20,862 nt of DNA from an uncultured Janthinobacterium sp. (GCA_964658025.1 CAZZXB010000045.1:1-20862), one strand, 5' to 3'. Counted from the first letter of the stretch, positions 1 to 8,558 are shown. The notes: a model not told the origin generated them from the sequence alone. A program made the numbers and translations.

Positions 1-103
1 GTTCGATGATGGCCGTTTGAAAGATGGCGACGATCGCGACCACGAGCATCGCCGCTACGGCGGCGGGCTGTCGGGTGCGAGGCGCTTCTATCGACGTTCG
101 CAT
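1..103 (-). CDS. 5' part of a membrane/secreted hypothetical protein running off the window edge
   Basis: ATG at 103; translates MRTSIEAPRTRQPAAVAAMLVVAIVAIFQTAIIE..., with a hydrophobic segment and no stop before the edge. Confidence 0.5.
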   Translation of the reverse strand, partial: MRTSIEAPRTRQPAAVAAMLVVAIVAIFQTAIIE

Positions 104-199
104 TACCGTGGTATTCGGATTGCGAGCAAGCGGACGTGAGACGGAACACGAACGCTCCGCCGCACGCGCATCGCACGTCGCCCGAACGGAGCACGTATC

Positions 200-302
200 A
201 TGACCGACGTCACGCTCTGGCCCGCGCTCGAATTCTCCGCCTGGGCGCCGACGAAGAGGAGCCTGCACCGCTACGCCCATCCTCGGGAAGCTGCGGCGCG
301 CC
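200..302 (+). pseudogene. Frameshifted, truncated N-terminal remnant of a DUF5996-like gene
   Basis: GGAG RBS at 188-191, ATG 200, MTDVTLWPALEFSAWAPTKRSLHRYA; after a frameshift at 278 it continues ILGKLR, matching the recalled WPxL..W..T..LH...QI.GK.RL N-terminus; then runs into the 3' end of the convergent permease. Confidence 0.6.
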
Positions 303-322
303 GACGCGCGTCGCATCGTCCG

Positions 323-1654
323 CTACGACGTCATCCGCGGGAGGGCCGCGAGCCGCGCACCCTTGCGACGCCAGAGCGCGAACGGCACGCCGAGCGCGAG
401 GCCGCCGAGTTCGATCGCGCGCGTCAGCGCGTCGGATTGCACGACGTCGATCGTGACGATCGCTCCGAGCGCGACCGCACCGCCGAGGGAAACGACGCGT
501 ATGCCGACGTGGTCGCGGCCCGGTCGGATCGCGAGCATCCGAAGCGCCGCGAACGACGACATGCAGAACAGCGCGCCGAGAAAGACCGACGTACCGTCGA
601 GCACGACCGAGAGCACCGCCGACGCCGTCGGCCAGAGCCCCGTCGCGAGCGTGAAGAGCGAGACGCAGACGAAGATCGTCACGAGCGCGTTCGTCGGCAC
701 CGCCCGCGCGTCGAGGCGCCCGAGCGCGGGCGGTAAGACGCCGTCGCGTCCCATCGCGTAGACGCTGCGCGAGAGATAGAGGATCGTCGTCCAGAGCGTC
801 GCGGCCGTCGACACGAGCACGGTCACGACGATCGCGATCCGCCACGCGTCGCCGCCGAGCAATCGTCCGACGTATTCCATCGCATCGCTCTGATTGGCGC
901 GGAAGCCCTCGACCGTTCCGACGTGCAGATAGGCGACCATGGCGAAGAGTAGGATCGCGGCCGTGACGAGTAACCCGACGACGCCGCCGCGACCGGGCGT
1001 TTCGGCCGCGCCCGTCGTCTCTTCGGATGCCGAGGCCGAGACTTCCCACCCGTCGGTCATCCAGATGCCGAGCACCATCGCGGTCACGATTCCGGAAGCC
1101 GCGCTCGCGAAATGCGACGGAGGCGGCACGACGCGCGCGACCGCCGGATGCGCGAGCAGCGCCGCGACCGAACTCGCGCCGACGACGAGCAATTCGCCGA
1201 TGAGGAACACCGCCGTCGCGAACGCCGTCGGACGCATTCCGATCGACAGCAACACGGTGCTCGCCGCGATCCACACGACGCCGACGATCGCGTCCCAGAA
1301 GGGCGACGGCGCTAGCGCGGGCGCGACGAGATCGAGCGTGTACGTCGCGGCGGGGAGCGCCGTCGTCATCGTCGCGAAGTAATTCGAGAGGATCAATAAC
1401 CACGCCGCGTACGAACCGACGCCCGGTCCGAACGCGTGCGCGATCCACGAGAACGACGAGCCGGCGTCGGGCATCGCGCGCGAGAGCCGGGCGAAGGCGA
1501 CCGCGATGCAGAGCATGATCGCGACGAGCGCCGCGAGCGCGAGCGGCGCCGCGTCGCCCGCGGCCGCGACCATCGGTCCCATGGTGGCGGCGAGACTGTA
1601 CGCGGGCCCCATCGCGGCCGACGCGAGCACCGAGACGTCGAAGAGTCCGAGCAC
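323..1654 (-). CDS. APC family amino-acid permease
   Basis: 443 aa, many hydrophobic helices; LGLFD..., MGPAYS, PDAGSSFSW, DGWE.S...SEE, SRSVYAMGRDGVLP motifs. GTG 1654 is the only in-frame start. Confidence 0.9.
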   Translation of the reverse strand: MLGLFDVSVLASAAMGPAYSLAATMGPMVAAAGDAAPLALAALVAIMLCIAVAFARLSRAMPDAGSSFSWIAHAFGPGVGSYAAWLLILSNYFATMTTALPAATYTLDLVAPALAPSPFWDAIVGVVWIAASTVLLSIGMRPTAFATAVFLIGELLVVGASSVAALLAHPAVARVVPPPSHFASAASGIVTAMVLGIWMTDGWEVSASASEETTGAAETPGRGGVVGLLVTAAILLFAMVAYLHVGTVEGFRANQSDAMEYVGRLLGGDAWRIAIVVTVLVSTAATLWTTILYLSRSVYAMGRDGVLPPALGRLDARAVPTNALVTIFVCVSLFTLATGLWPTASAVLSVVLDGTSVFLGALFCMSSFAALRMLAIRPGRDHVGIRVVSLGGAVALGAIVTIDVVQSDALTRAIELGGLALGVPFALWRRKGARLAALPRMTS

Positions 1655-1691
1655 GCGCGGTAACGCGCGCGACGCGCCGCGGACGGACCCG

Positions 1692-3119
1692 TCAGCTTCG
1701 ATCGGGGGCGCACCGCAGGAGCGAGTTGCGGTAGCCGTACGACGCGTAGACGATCACGCCGATCGCGAACCACACGACGAAGCGAATCCACGTGCCGCCG
1801 GAGAGTCCGCCGATCATCAGATACAGACACATCGCGAAACCGCTCGCCGCGACCGGAAGCCCGAGCGGCACGCGGAAGGGACGCCGGGCGCCCGGCCGCG
1901 TGAAGCGCAGCGCGAACACGCCCGCGCAGACGATCGCGAACGCCGAGAGCGTTCCGATGTTCACGAGCGAGAGCAACACGTCGAGTGGCACGATCCCCGC
2001 GAGCACCGCGACGACGACGCCCGTCACGATCGTCGTGAGCAGCGGCGTCCGCGTGCGCGCGTTCACGCGCGCGACGACGGGCGGCAGCATCCGATCGCGC
2101 GCCATCACGTAGAAGATGCGCACCTGTCCGAGCAGCGAGGTGAGCATCACGGTCGTCGTCCCCGAAATCGCGCCCGCCGTGAGGATCGCGGAGAGGTACG
2201 GATCGTTCCCCGCCCGGCGCACGGCGTCGGCCATCCCCGCGTCCTTGTCGATGTGCGCCCACGGCACGACGCCGACCGTCACGAACGCGATCGCGATGTA
2301 GAGCACGGCACCGATCGCGAGCGACGCGATCACCGCGCGCGGAACGTCGCGTTCGGGGACGCGCGCCTCCTCGCTCGCGACCGTCACCGTGTCGAATCCG
2401 ATGTACGCGAAGAACACGAGCGCCGCGCCCGTCACGACGCCGTGGACGCCGTGCGGAAACGCCGGCTCGAAATTTCCCGGATGGATCGCGCCGACGAGAC
2501 CGACGACGAACGCGACGATCGCGACCGTCTGTACGACGACGAGGACCGTATTGATCGAGGTCGATTCGCGGATCCCGACGGCGATGAGCGCGGTGATCGC
2601 GAGAACGACGGACGCCGCGAGCACGTCCACCTGCGTGTGCGCGAGATCGATCCCGCCGCGCGCGAACGCGAGATGCGCGACCGTCGCCCAATCGGGCAAC
2701 GCGATGCCGAAATTTTTCAGGAACGCCTGCGCGTATCCGGACCACGACGCCGCGACGGGCGCCGCGCTGATGCCGTATTCGAGGATGAGATCCCAGCCGA
2801 TGATCCACGCGACGAACTCGCCGAGCGTGGCGTACGCGTACGTGTAGGCGCTCCCCGCGATCGGCACCATCGACGCGAGTTCCGCATAGCACAGCGAGAC
2901 GAATACGCACGCGAGGCCCGAGAGCAAGAAGGACGCGATGACGCCCGGTCCCGCCTCGAGCGTACCGACGCCGACCGTCGCGAAGATCCCGCCGAGCATC
3001 GTGCCGAGCCCGACGCAGACGAGACCGCCGACGCCGAGACAACGACGGAGCGCCGGGCCCTCCGCCGTACGCGCGCTCTCGATCGGTTGGCGCGCGAAGA
3101 GTCGCCGGACGAGGCTCAC
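1692..3119 (-). CDS. APC family amino-acid permease (cationic amino acid transporter/YfnA-like)
   Basis: 475 aa; [63 protein letters not shown] motifs. Confidence 0.95.
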   Translation of the reverse strand: MSLVRRLFARQPIESARTAEGPALRRCLGVGGLVCVGLGTMLGGIFATVGVGTLEAGPGVIASFLLSGLACVFVSLCYAELASMVPIAGSAYTYAYATLGEFVAWIIGWDLILEYGISAAPVAASWSGYAQAFLKNFGIALPDWATVAHLAFARGGIDLAHTQVDVLAASVVLAITALIAVGIRESTSINTVLVVVQTVAIVAFVVGLVGAIHPGNFEPAFPHGVHGVVTGAALVFFAYIGFDTVTVASEEARVPERDVPRAVIASLAIGAVLYIAIAFVTVGVVPWAHIDKDAGMADAVRRAGNDPYLSAILTAGAISGTTTVMLTSLLGQVRIFYVMARDRMLPPVVARVNARTRTPLLTTIVTGVVVAVLAGIVPLDVLLSLVNIGTLSAFAIVCAGVFALRFTRPGARRPFRVPLGLPVAASGFAMCLYLMIGGLSGGTWIRFVVWFAIGVIVYASYGYRNSLLRCAPDRS

Positions 3120-3128
3120 GGAACCGCG

Positions 3129-4037
3129 CTAACGCGGCGCAAAATCGACGACGCGCGGCCGCAGGTCGAGTCGAGCCAGGAGCGGCGAATAGTCGCGGGC
3201 CGGATCGAGGTCCTCGCGATCCAAGAGCGCGACGAGCGCGGCCTCGAGGACGTTCGTCCCGAACGAGCGGCCGCCGAAATCGGGCGTCGTCGTCACGAGC
3301 CGCGCGACGCCGCGCTCGCGGAGTTCGGCGACGTCGCGCTGCGTGACGGTATTCGTCAGCACGATCTTTCCGTCGAGGCGATCGGGCATGAACTGCCGCA
3401 TGAAATGGAAATCGCCCGCGATGATATCGGCACGTGCATAGTACTCGGGATACTTCGGTTGCGGCGCACGGTCTTGCTTCTTACCGGTCGGATAGAAGAA
3501 CTGGAACGGGAGCTTACATGCGTCGGGCAGGTAGCGCGCCGCGAGCGCCTCGAACTCGGCGAGCCCGCGCACCGGTTTGTCGAGATCGAGCGCGAAGATG
3601 AAATCCCCGAAAAGGACGTCCGCGCCCGCCTCGACGAGCGCCTGCGCCATTCCGAAGCGATCGAGCGCGCTGACCATGAGGACGTGGGTGCCCGCGAGGG
3701 GGACGCCGAGAACGTCGCGCAGGTAGCCGATCGCCGCGCGCTCGAGCGTATTCTTGAGCCCGCTTCCGTCGACGACGGGCGTCCTTTCGACCGCGCGCAT
3801 CAGGCGCAGGCCGTCGCGTAGCGCGTAGCGCGTGCCGCCGGCATAGAGGTAGACGTCGATCCCGCCGAGCCCGAGCGCGTCGACCGTGCCGTCGAGTTCT
3901 CGCAGCGTCGTCTCCGCACGCGAGATCGATCCGTCCATGCCGATCCGTTCGATGTCGAAACGCTCGCCGAGCAGATCGATCGTCGCGCGGTGGTCGCGCG
4001 ACGGCGAACCGAGCGAAACCGAGACGATCCGCTTCAC
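3129..4037 (-). CDS. Uncharacterised enzyme of the family usually auto-annotated 'quinate 5-dehydrogenase' (function not established)
   Basis: 302 aa; VSVSLGS..RDH, DALGLGGIDVYL, PVVDGSGLKNTLER, SALDRFGMA, IIAGDFH, LTNTVT, TTTP..GGRSFGTNVLEA, recalled as typical of this family. Confidence 0.75.
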   Translation of the reverse strand: MKRIVSVSLGSPSRDHRATIDLLGERFDIERIGMDGSISRAETTLRELDGTVDALGLGGIDVYLYAGGTRYALRDGLRLMRAVERTPVVDGSGLKNTLERAAIGYLRDVLGVPLAGTHVLMVSALDRFGMAQALVEAGADVLFGDFIFALDLDKPVRGLAEFEALAARYLPDACKLPFQFFYPTGKKQDRAPQPKYPEYYARADIIAGDFHFMRQFMPDRLDGKIVLTNTVTQRDVAELRERGVARLVTTTPDFGGRSFGTNVLEAALVALLDREDLDPARDYSPLLARLDLRPRVVDFAPR

Positions 4038-4045
4038 GCCCGCGA

Positions 4046-4068
4046 CGACGCGTAGGGTTTCCCCACAT
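4046..4068. promoter_or_regulatory. Copy 1 of a 23-bp motif (CGACGCGTAGGGTTTCCCCACAT); putative regulator binding site
   Basis: 21/23 identical to 4967-4989; imperfect dyad GTAGGG-TTT-CCCCAC; lies in the divergent intergenic region. Confidence 0.5.
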
Positions 4069-4193
4069 ACGAACCGCGCGCGGCTTCGTCTATCATCGAT
4101 CCACGACGTGCGAACCGCATCTCGTCCCCTCCTTCTCGAGGGGTCGATTTTTCGCTATCGCACCGCATCCGCACGACGATCGAGGAGCCGCCG

Positions 4194-4958
4194 ATGTTTC
4201 CGTCTCCGTTTCGCCCGAGCGCCGAATCGAATCGGCCGCGCGCCCACGTCTCGCTCTGCGGCGGACGGATCGATTTCGGCGAACGGTCCGTCCCGCTCAC
4301 GCCCGCGGAACAGCGCATCGTATGGGCGCTCGCGCGCTCGCGCGGCGGCACGTCGCGGGCGGAACTCGCGAAGCTCGTCTGGCCCGATCGCGACGATGCG
4401 ACGCTGCAGAACGCGTTCAACGTCGCGCTCTCCCGGATGCGCAAGCGCCTCCCGCCCGACGTCATCGTCCAAGTCGACGGAGCGTATCGTTTCGGCGACG
4501 AGATCGGCGTCGATCTCTGGGATCTCGAAGCGAGCCATCGGGTGCCGGCGATCGACGTCGAGACGGTGACGACGTGGCTCGAACGCTACGCCGCCTGCGG
4601 CTGCGCCGAGCGGAGCGTCGATATCGAAGCCGATTGGGCGGGCGCGATCGAAGCGCGGATGCTCGCGGCGATCCGCGGAGCCGGGGATCGCTTCGCGCTC
4701 TGGGCGCTCGGCGCGCGGCGCCCCGATCTCGCGCTTCGCATCGCGCGCGCGACGCTCGAACGCGACGCGTGCGACGAACGCGCGTGCGAGTTCGCCATCC
4801 GCGCGCATCTCGCGCTCGGCGATCGGTCCTCGGCGATCCGCGCCTATCGCGATCACGAACGCGCGCTCCGCAGCGAACTCGGCCTCGCGCCGTCCAACGA
4901 ACTGCTCGAGATCTTGCGGCGGACGAATCCGGCGCGCGGCATCCGACACGTCGCGTAG
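4194..4958 (+). CDS. SARP-like transcriptional regulator (OmpR-type winged HTH + BTAD domain)
   Basis: GAGGAG RBS; LTPAEQRIVWALA..SRAELAKLVWPD..NAFNVALSRMRKRL (wHTH); D..DERA..AIRAHLALGDRSSAIRAY..LRSELGLAPS (BTAD). Confidence 0.85.
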   Translation: MFPSPFRPSAESNRPRAHVSLCGGRIDFGERSVPLTPAEQRIVWALARSRGGTSRAELAKLVWPDRDDATLQNAFNVALSRMRKRLPPDVIVQVDGAYRFGDEIGVDLWDLEASHRVPAIDVETVTTWLERYAACGCAERSVDIEADWAGAIEARMLAAIRGAGDRFALWALGARRPDLALRIARATLERDACDERACEFAIRAHLALGDRSSAIRAYRDHERALRSELGLAPSNELLEILRRTNPARGIRHVA

Positions 4959-4966
4959 CCCACGAG

Positions 4967-4989
4967 CGACGCGTAGGGGTTCCCCCCAT
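4967..4989. promoter_or_regulatory. Copy 2 of the 23-bp motif (CGACGCGTAGGGGTTCCCCCCAT)
   Basis: Directly after the regulator stop codon, 80 bp upstream of the secreted-protein gene. Confidence 0.5.
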
Positions 4990-5069
4990 CCCGGAGCTGC
5001 GATCGTCCGACGTACGATAGCGACGTCGAGTCGATCACGGCTCGCGTACCGTCTCGAGGAATCCAGCAC

Positions 5070-6407
5070 GTGCGTCTGCGTTTCGATCTCCGTCCGTTGC
5101 TTCTCGTCGCCTTCGTCCTCGGTGCGACGGGCGCGCCGACGCTCGTCCGCGCGAACGGCGATCCCTCCCGGCTTCCGCAACGCCGAGCCCCGGCGGGCTT
5201 CCGCACGATCGAGGGCGACGCCGGCGGACGGATCGTCGAAGGCGCGTTCGCCCGCGCCCACTCCGAGCGCGATGCGTTGCGCGCGGTCCTACGCGGCGCG
5301 AGCGACTATTTCGACGGCGCTCCGGATCTCGCGGGGATCGTGCGCGCGACCGACGGAAGCGCGACGTTCGCCGTCTTTCGCTCGCGATTACGCGGCGCGA
5401 ACGTCACCGGGCTCGCGATCGCCGTCGCACCGCACGGCATCGCACGCGGCGCGTTCCTCTTCGATCGGACCGAGCGGATCCGCACGTCGCTCCCCGGACT
5501 CGTGAATCGCCTCTTGGCGCCCCCGACGCGAGTCGCGGGCGGGGCCGACGCGCGCGCGACCGCCGTCGGTCCGTTGCACCGGGTCTCGGCGCCCGACGGT
5601 ACGATCTCCGCGGGTCTGCCGGACGGTTGGGCTCCGAAGCTCCTCGGCAACGGCGCCCTCGTCGCGGACGGTCCGGACGGCGCGGAGGTCGCGCAGATGG
5701 TGAATTTCACGTTCGTCGATCCGCGCGGGTCGCTCGCCGGTTCCGCGGGCTACGTCGGACTCGCGTATTCGCCCGATCCGGGCCGGGCCTTGGAGAATCT
5801 CGGACACCTGCTCGCCGCGCGTTCGGGTCATCGTCTCGAGATGCACGTCGATCGCAAAACCGCGCTCGGCGAGCGAAACGGCACGACGGCGACCGCGCTC
5901 GTCGGCCACGAAACGTTCGACGGAAATCCGAAGCGTTTCGATTCGGCGGTCCTCATCACGCCGCCGATGCAAAGCGGCGTGTGGTCGATGCAGGTGAACT
6001 CGCTAACCGCGCCGTCGGACGCCTTCGCTCGCGACCTTCCCGCGATGAAAGCGATCGTCGCGAATACCGACTACAACGGGCAGGCGCATCACGACCAGAT
6101 CGTGCATGGTATCGCCGAGACCGCGCAGAGCATGGCCGCCGGGCGCGCCGGACTCGCGGCGACGACCGCGCGCGACCAAGGCCTCGTCGACGCATCGATG
6201 GCGAACGCGCGCGCGTCGCAGGATGCGATCGACCGACAGACGTCCGGGTTCGTCCATTACCTCGGCGGCACCGACGTCCTCGAAAGCCGTGCCGACGGCT
6301 CGCGCGGCACGACCGATGCGGATTTCGCCGCACGTCTCGCCGGCGAGAATCCGAGCGCCTACCGCGTCGTCCCGGTTAGCGAGTACCGCAAAGGCGTCGA
6401 TTACTGA
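5070..6407 (+). CDS. Secreted hypothetical protein (445 aa)
   Basis: GAGGA RBS at 5056-5060; N-terminal signal peptide (RPLLLVAFVLGATGAPTLVRA); long ORF with host-like codon usage. Confidence 0.8.
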   Translation: MRLRFDLRPLLLVAFVLGATGAPTLVRANGDPSRLPQRRAPAGFRTIEGDAGGRIVEGAFARAHSERDALRAVLRGASDYFDGAPDLAGIVRATDGSATFAVFRSRLRGANVTGLAIAVAPHGIARGAFLFDRTERIRTSLPGLVNRLLAPPTRVAGGADARATAVGPLHRVSAPDGTISAGLPDGWAPKLLGNGALVADGPDGAEVAQMVNFTFVDPRGSLAGSAGYVGLAYSPDPGRALENLGHLLAARSGHRLEMHVDRKTALGERNGTTATALVGHETFDGNPKRFDSAVLITPPMQSGVWSMQVNSLTAPSDAFARDLPAMKAIVANTDYNGQAHHDQIVHGIAETAQSMAAGRAGLAATTARDQGLVDASMANARASQDAIDRQTSGFVHYLGGTDVLESRADGSRGTTDADFAARLAGENPSAYRVVPVSEYRKGVDY

Positions 6408-6464
6408 TCGCTCGATCCCACGACGCGTACGACCCCGTCGTACCCGCGACCAGAGCCTAACCAA

Positions 6465-6490
6465 GGCGCGAACGATGCGTCGTTCGCGCC
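6465..6490. terminator. Hairpin between convergent genes, probable terminator
   Basis: Perfect 11-bp stem GGCGCGAACGA-TGCG-TCGTTCGCGCC abutting the stop at 6491; a second hairpin GTACGAC-CCC-GTCGTAC at 6427-6443; no strong U-tract. Confidence 0.5.
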
Positions 6491-7597
6491 CTAGACGACG
6501 GCGGCGCGTCGTTCGCGTGCGGCGGCTCTGATCTCGGCGATGCGGTCCGCGTCGATCGCGCGATCGAACGCGCGCATCGTCGCGAGTTCGAAGCCCGCCG
6601 CGTGCGCGAGGCCCTCGATCTCGCGGACTTTGTCGAGATCGATCCCGCGCCCGAGCGTGTAGTGTTCGCGCCGATTCTCGAGCGCGAGGATCATCGTCTC
6701 CGACATGCACGCGAGCGCTTCGCCCGGCGGGAGGCCGAGATCGAAGGCGCGACCGGGCTCGCGGACGCGCGCGAAGCGCGGCTCGCCCGGCACGCGCATG
6801 TTGCCGCCTTCGGTGACGAGGACGTCCGGTCGCTCGAGCGCGACGCGACGTCCCACGTCGTGCGGCAGCGAGAGTTCGCAGACGACCGCGCCCGCGCGCA
6901 GATCGTCCGGCTCGATGAGTTCTCGCGTCGACGTCGTCGCCGTCAAGACGAGATCGCCTTGCGGGACGGCCTCGCGAACGTCCGTCGAGATCGCGAGCGC
7001 GCACGATACCCGTTCGCGTAGCGACGCGACGAGCCGTTCGAGCCGCGTCCGATTGCGCGCGACGAGGACGATCCGCGCGACGTGCGGTGCGAGTAATTCG
7101 ACGCACGCGGAGCCGATGCTCCCGGTCGCGCCGATCACGACGGCCGTCGCGCTCCCGAGATCGATCTCCATCTCCTGCGCGCCGCGACGCAGGCTCGCGA
7201 CCCCCGCCGCGATCGTGAGCGAATTCCCCGTCGTCACGGCGATCGGCGATCGTTCCGCGAGCGTGACCCCAGCATCGCCGACGACGCCCGTGAAGGCGCC
7301 GAGTCCCACGACTTCCGCACCGAGCTCGACGCCGATCGCGATCGCCTTTTCGATCTTGGCGTAGACCGTCTCGCGCGGGAGCGCGAGCATCGGCTCGGGC
7401 ATGAACGGCGCGGCGACGAACCAACCCTCCGTCTCGCGCCCGTCGGGCGTCCGCACGCCCGTGACGTGCGCGGCCGCGTACGCCGGCATCCATTCCATGA
7501 TCTTCTCGATCAGCGGAAGTCCCTTGCCCGCCGCGCCCGGCTCGTATCGCAAGACGTCCTCGAGCGACGTCGGGTGGATGACGAAGGCGAACTTCAC
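6491..7597 (-). CDS. Acyl-ACP/acyl-CoA reductase-like NAD(P)-dependent oxidoreductase (often auto-annotated shikimate dehydrogenase)
   Basis: FAFVIHPTSLE, VGLGAFTGVV, TTGNSLT, Rossmann VIGATGSIG, ELSLPHDV, and ALACMSETMIL, equivalent to the catalytic-Cys motif (FACFAEAMLL) of cyanobacterial AAR. Confidence 0.8.
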   Translation of the reverse strand: MKFAFVIHPTSLEDVLRYEPGAAGKGLPLIEKIMEWMPAYAAAHVTGVRTPDGRETEGWFVAAPFMPEPMLALPRETVYAKIEKAIAIGVELGAEVVGLGAFTGVVGDAGVTLAERSPIAVTTGNSLTIAAGVASLRRGAQEMEIDLGSATAVVIGATGSIGSACVELLAPHVARIVLVARNRTRLERLVASLRERVSCALAISTDVREAVPQGDLVLTATTSTRELIEPDDLRAGAVVCELSLPHDVGRRVALERPDVLVTEGGNMRVPGEPRFARVREPGRAFDLGLPPGEALACMSETMILALENRREHYTLGRGIDLDKVREIEGLAHAAGFELATMRAFDRAIDADRIAEIRAAARERRAAVV

Positions 7598-7646
7598 CGC
7601 CGCAAGATTCGCCAGGTCTCCCGATTACCCGCGCGAATGCGACCGG

Positions 7647-7853
7647 GTGATCCGCTCGCTCCTGGTCCGCAACGCGCTCAGCGCCGTGCTCTTCGTCGTC
7701 GCGGTCGTCGGAATTTTCTTACAGGCGGGTCGCATCCGCGAGGGTCTCGACATCTCGCAGGCGCGCTTCTACGTCGCGGCCTACACGGTCGTCGCGCTCT
7801 ACGCGCTCGCCTCGATCGTCGTCCGCGTGCGCGCCGCGCGCCGGCGCCGCTGA
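7647..7853 (+). CDS. Small 2-TM membrane protein (68 aa)
   Basis: GTG 7647; MIRSLLVRNALSAVLFVVAVVGIFLQ..FYVAAYTVVALYALASIVVRVRAARRRR; two hydrophobic helices and a basic tail. Confidence 0.65.
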   Translation: MIRSLLVRNALSAVLFVVAVVGIFLQAGRIREGLDISQARFYVAAYTVVALYALASIVVRVRAARRRR

Positions 7854-7943
7854 CGGCGCGCGCGTCCGCGACCCCTTCAGTTAAACTGGGTACGAGATAG
7901 CGTCGCATCCGTCGACGTCCGTCCCACGCATGAGGGAGTCCGC

Positions 7944-8108
7944 ATGAACGCCCGTTACTTGTTGCTTCTCGTCATCGTCCTCTACGTCGCCTTCGATCTG
8001 TTCGTCCCGGCGATGCAGAACATTTTCGGATACGGCATCGGCACGATCCTCGCGCTCGTGATCTTATGGTACGTTTTCATAAATAATCGCGGAAACCGCG
8101 TCCTTTAG
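7944..8108 (+). CDS. Small 2-TM membrane protein (54 aa), not in ORF track
   Basis: GAGGGAG RBS at 7932-7938; MNARYLLLLVIVLYVAFDLFVPAMQNIFGYGIGTILALVILWYVFINNRGNRVL*. Confidence 0.75.
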   Translation: MNARYLLLLVIVLYVAFDLFVPAMQNIFGYGIGTILALVILWYVFINNRGNRVL

Positions 8109-8163
8109 ATGGGGCGGCGCACCCGAAAGTTTACCGCGAGTTAACGCCGCCTGAACGAAAGGT

Positions 8164-8553
8164 GTGGACGCTTCGAAAGACCCGTCCGGTATAGTTGCTC
8201 TCAGAGCGACCCGCTTCGTGAGGATGTCTTCGGTGTGTTTTCGAGTCTTCGGACGGATGATCTGTTTCGGGATCCCCGAGTGGTGGACGCGATGGCTCGG
8301 TGAGAATCAGCGCGTGGCGCTACCGGCCGAAGCCCCCGACGGGCTCGCCACGATCGACCCCGAGCTCATGACCGAACTCTTCGCACTCGGCGGCTTGCGC
8401 TCGACCGTCGTTCGCTTGCGACCGTCGATCGCGGCGCTGTTCGTCCCGGCGCTCGAAGCGAGCCTCGCCCAACTGCAAGGCGAACTCCCCGTCGGCATCG
8501 AGGTCGATTTCGATCGCGAGGAGCGCGGGGCCGCGCTCAAGCGCACCGCCTAG
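8164..8553 (+). CDS. Hypothetical protein (start uncertain; 8218 or 8224 possible)
   Basis: ORF fills the gap and stops 5 nt from the convergent MFS stop; TATAGT at 8190-8195 would favour a later start. Confidence 0.5.
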   Translation: MDASKDPSGIVALRATRFVRMSSVCFRVFGRMICFGIPEWWTRWLGENQRVALPAEAPDGLATIDPELMTELFALGGLRSTVVRLRPSIAALFVPALEASLAQLQGELPVGIEVDFDREERGAALKRTA

Positions 8554-8558
8554 GCTCC

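Noticed and set aside
1506..3821. 771-aa plus-strand ORF and other long Arg/Ala-rich ORFs (e.g. 210-1448, 1393-3042, 6003-7493, 8320-9861)
   Set aside because: Shadow frames of real genes in high-GC DNA; low-complexity translations with no motifs
4046..4989. 23-bp repeat as a CRISPR array
   Set aside because: Only two copies about 900 bp apart with a gene between them; no cas genes
4045..6429. ACGACGCGTA at 4045-4054 and 6420-6429 as a target-site duplication around the regulator cassette
   Set aside because: The same 10-mer also occurs at 492-501 and 1739-1748 inside genes, so it is expected by chance; no transposase or integrase present
6491..7597. Shikimate dehydrogenase (aroE) or alkane biosynthesis call
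   Set aside because: Lacks AroE motifs (SxSP, NVTxPxK, NTD); no aldehyde-deformylating oxygenase nearby
8109..8200. c-di-GMP riboswitch or hammerhead ribozyme
   Set aside because: Required consensus elements (GCAAA/GACGCAAA; CUGANGA core with stems) are not matched
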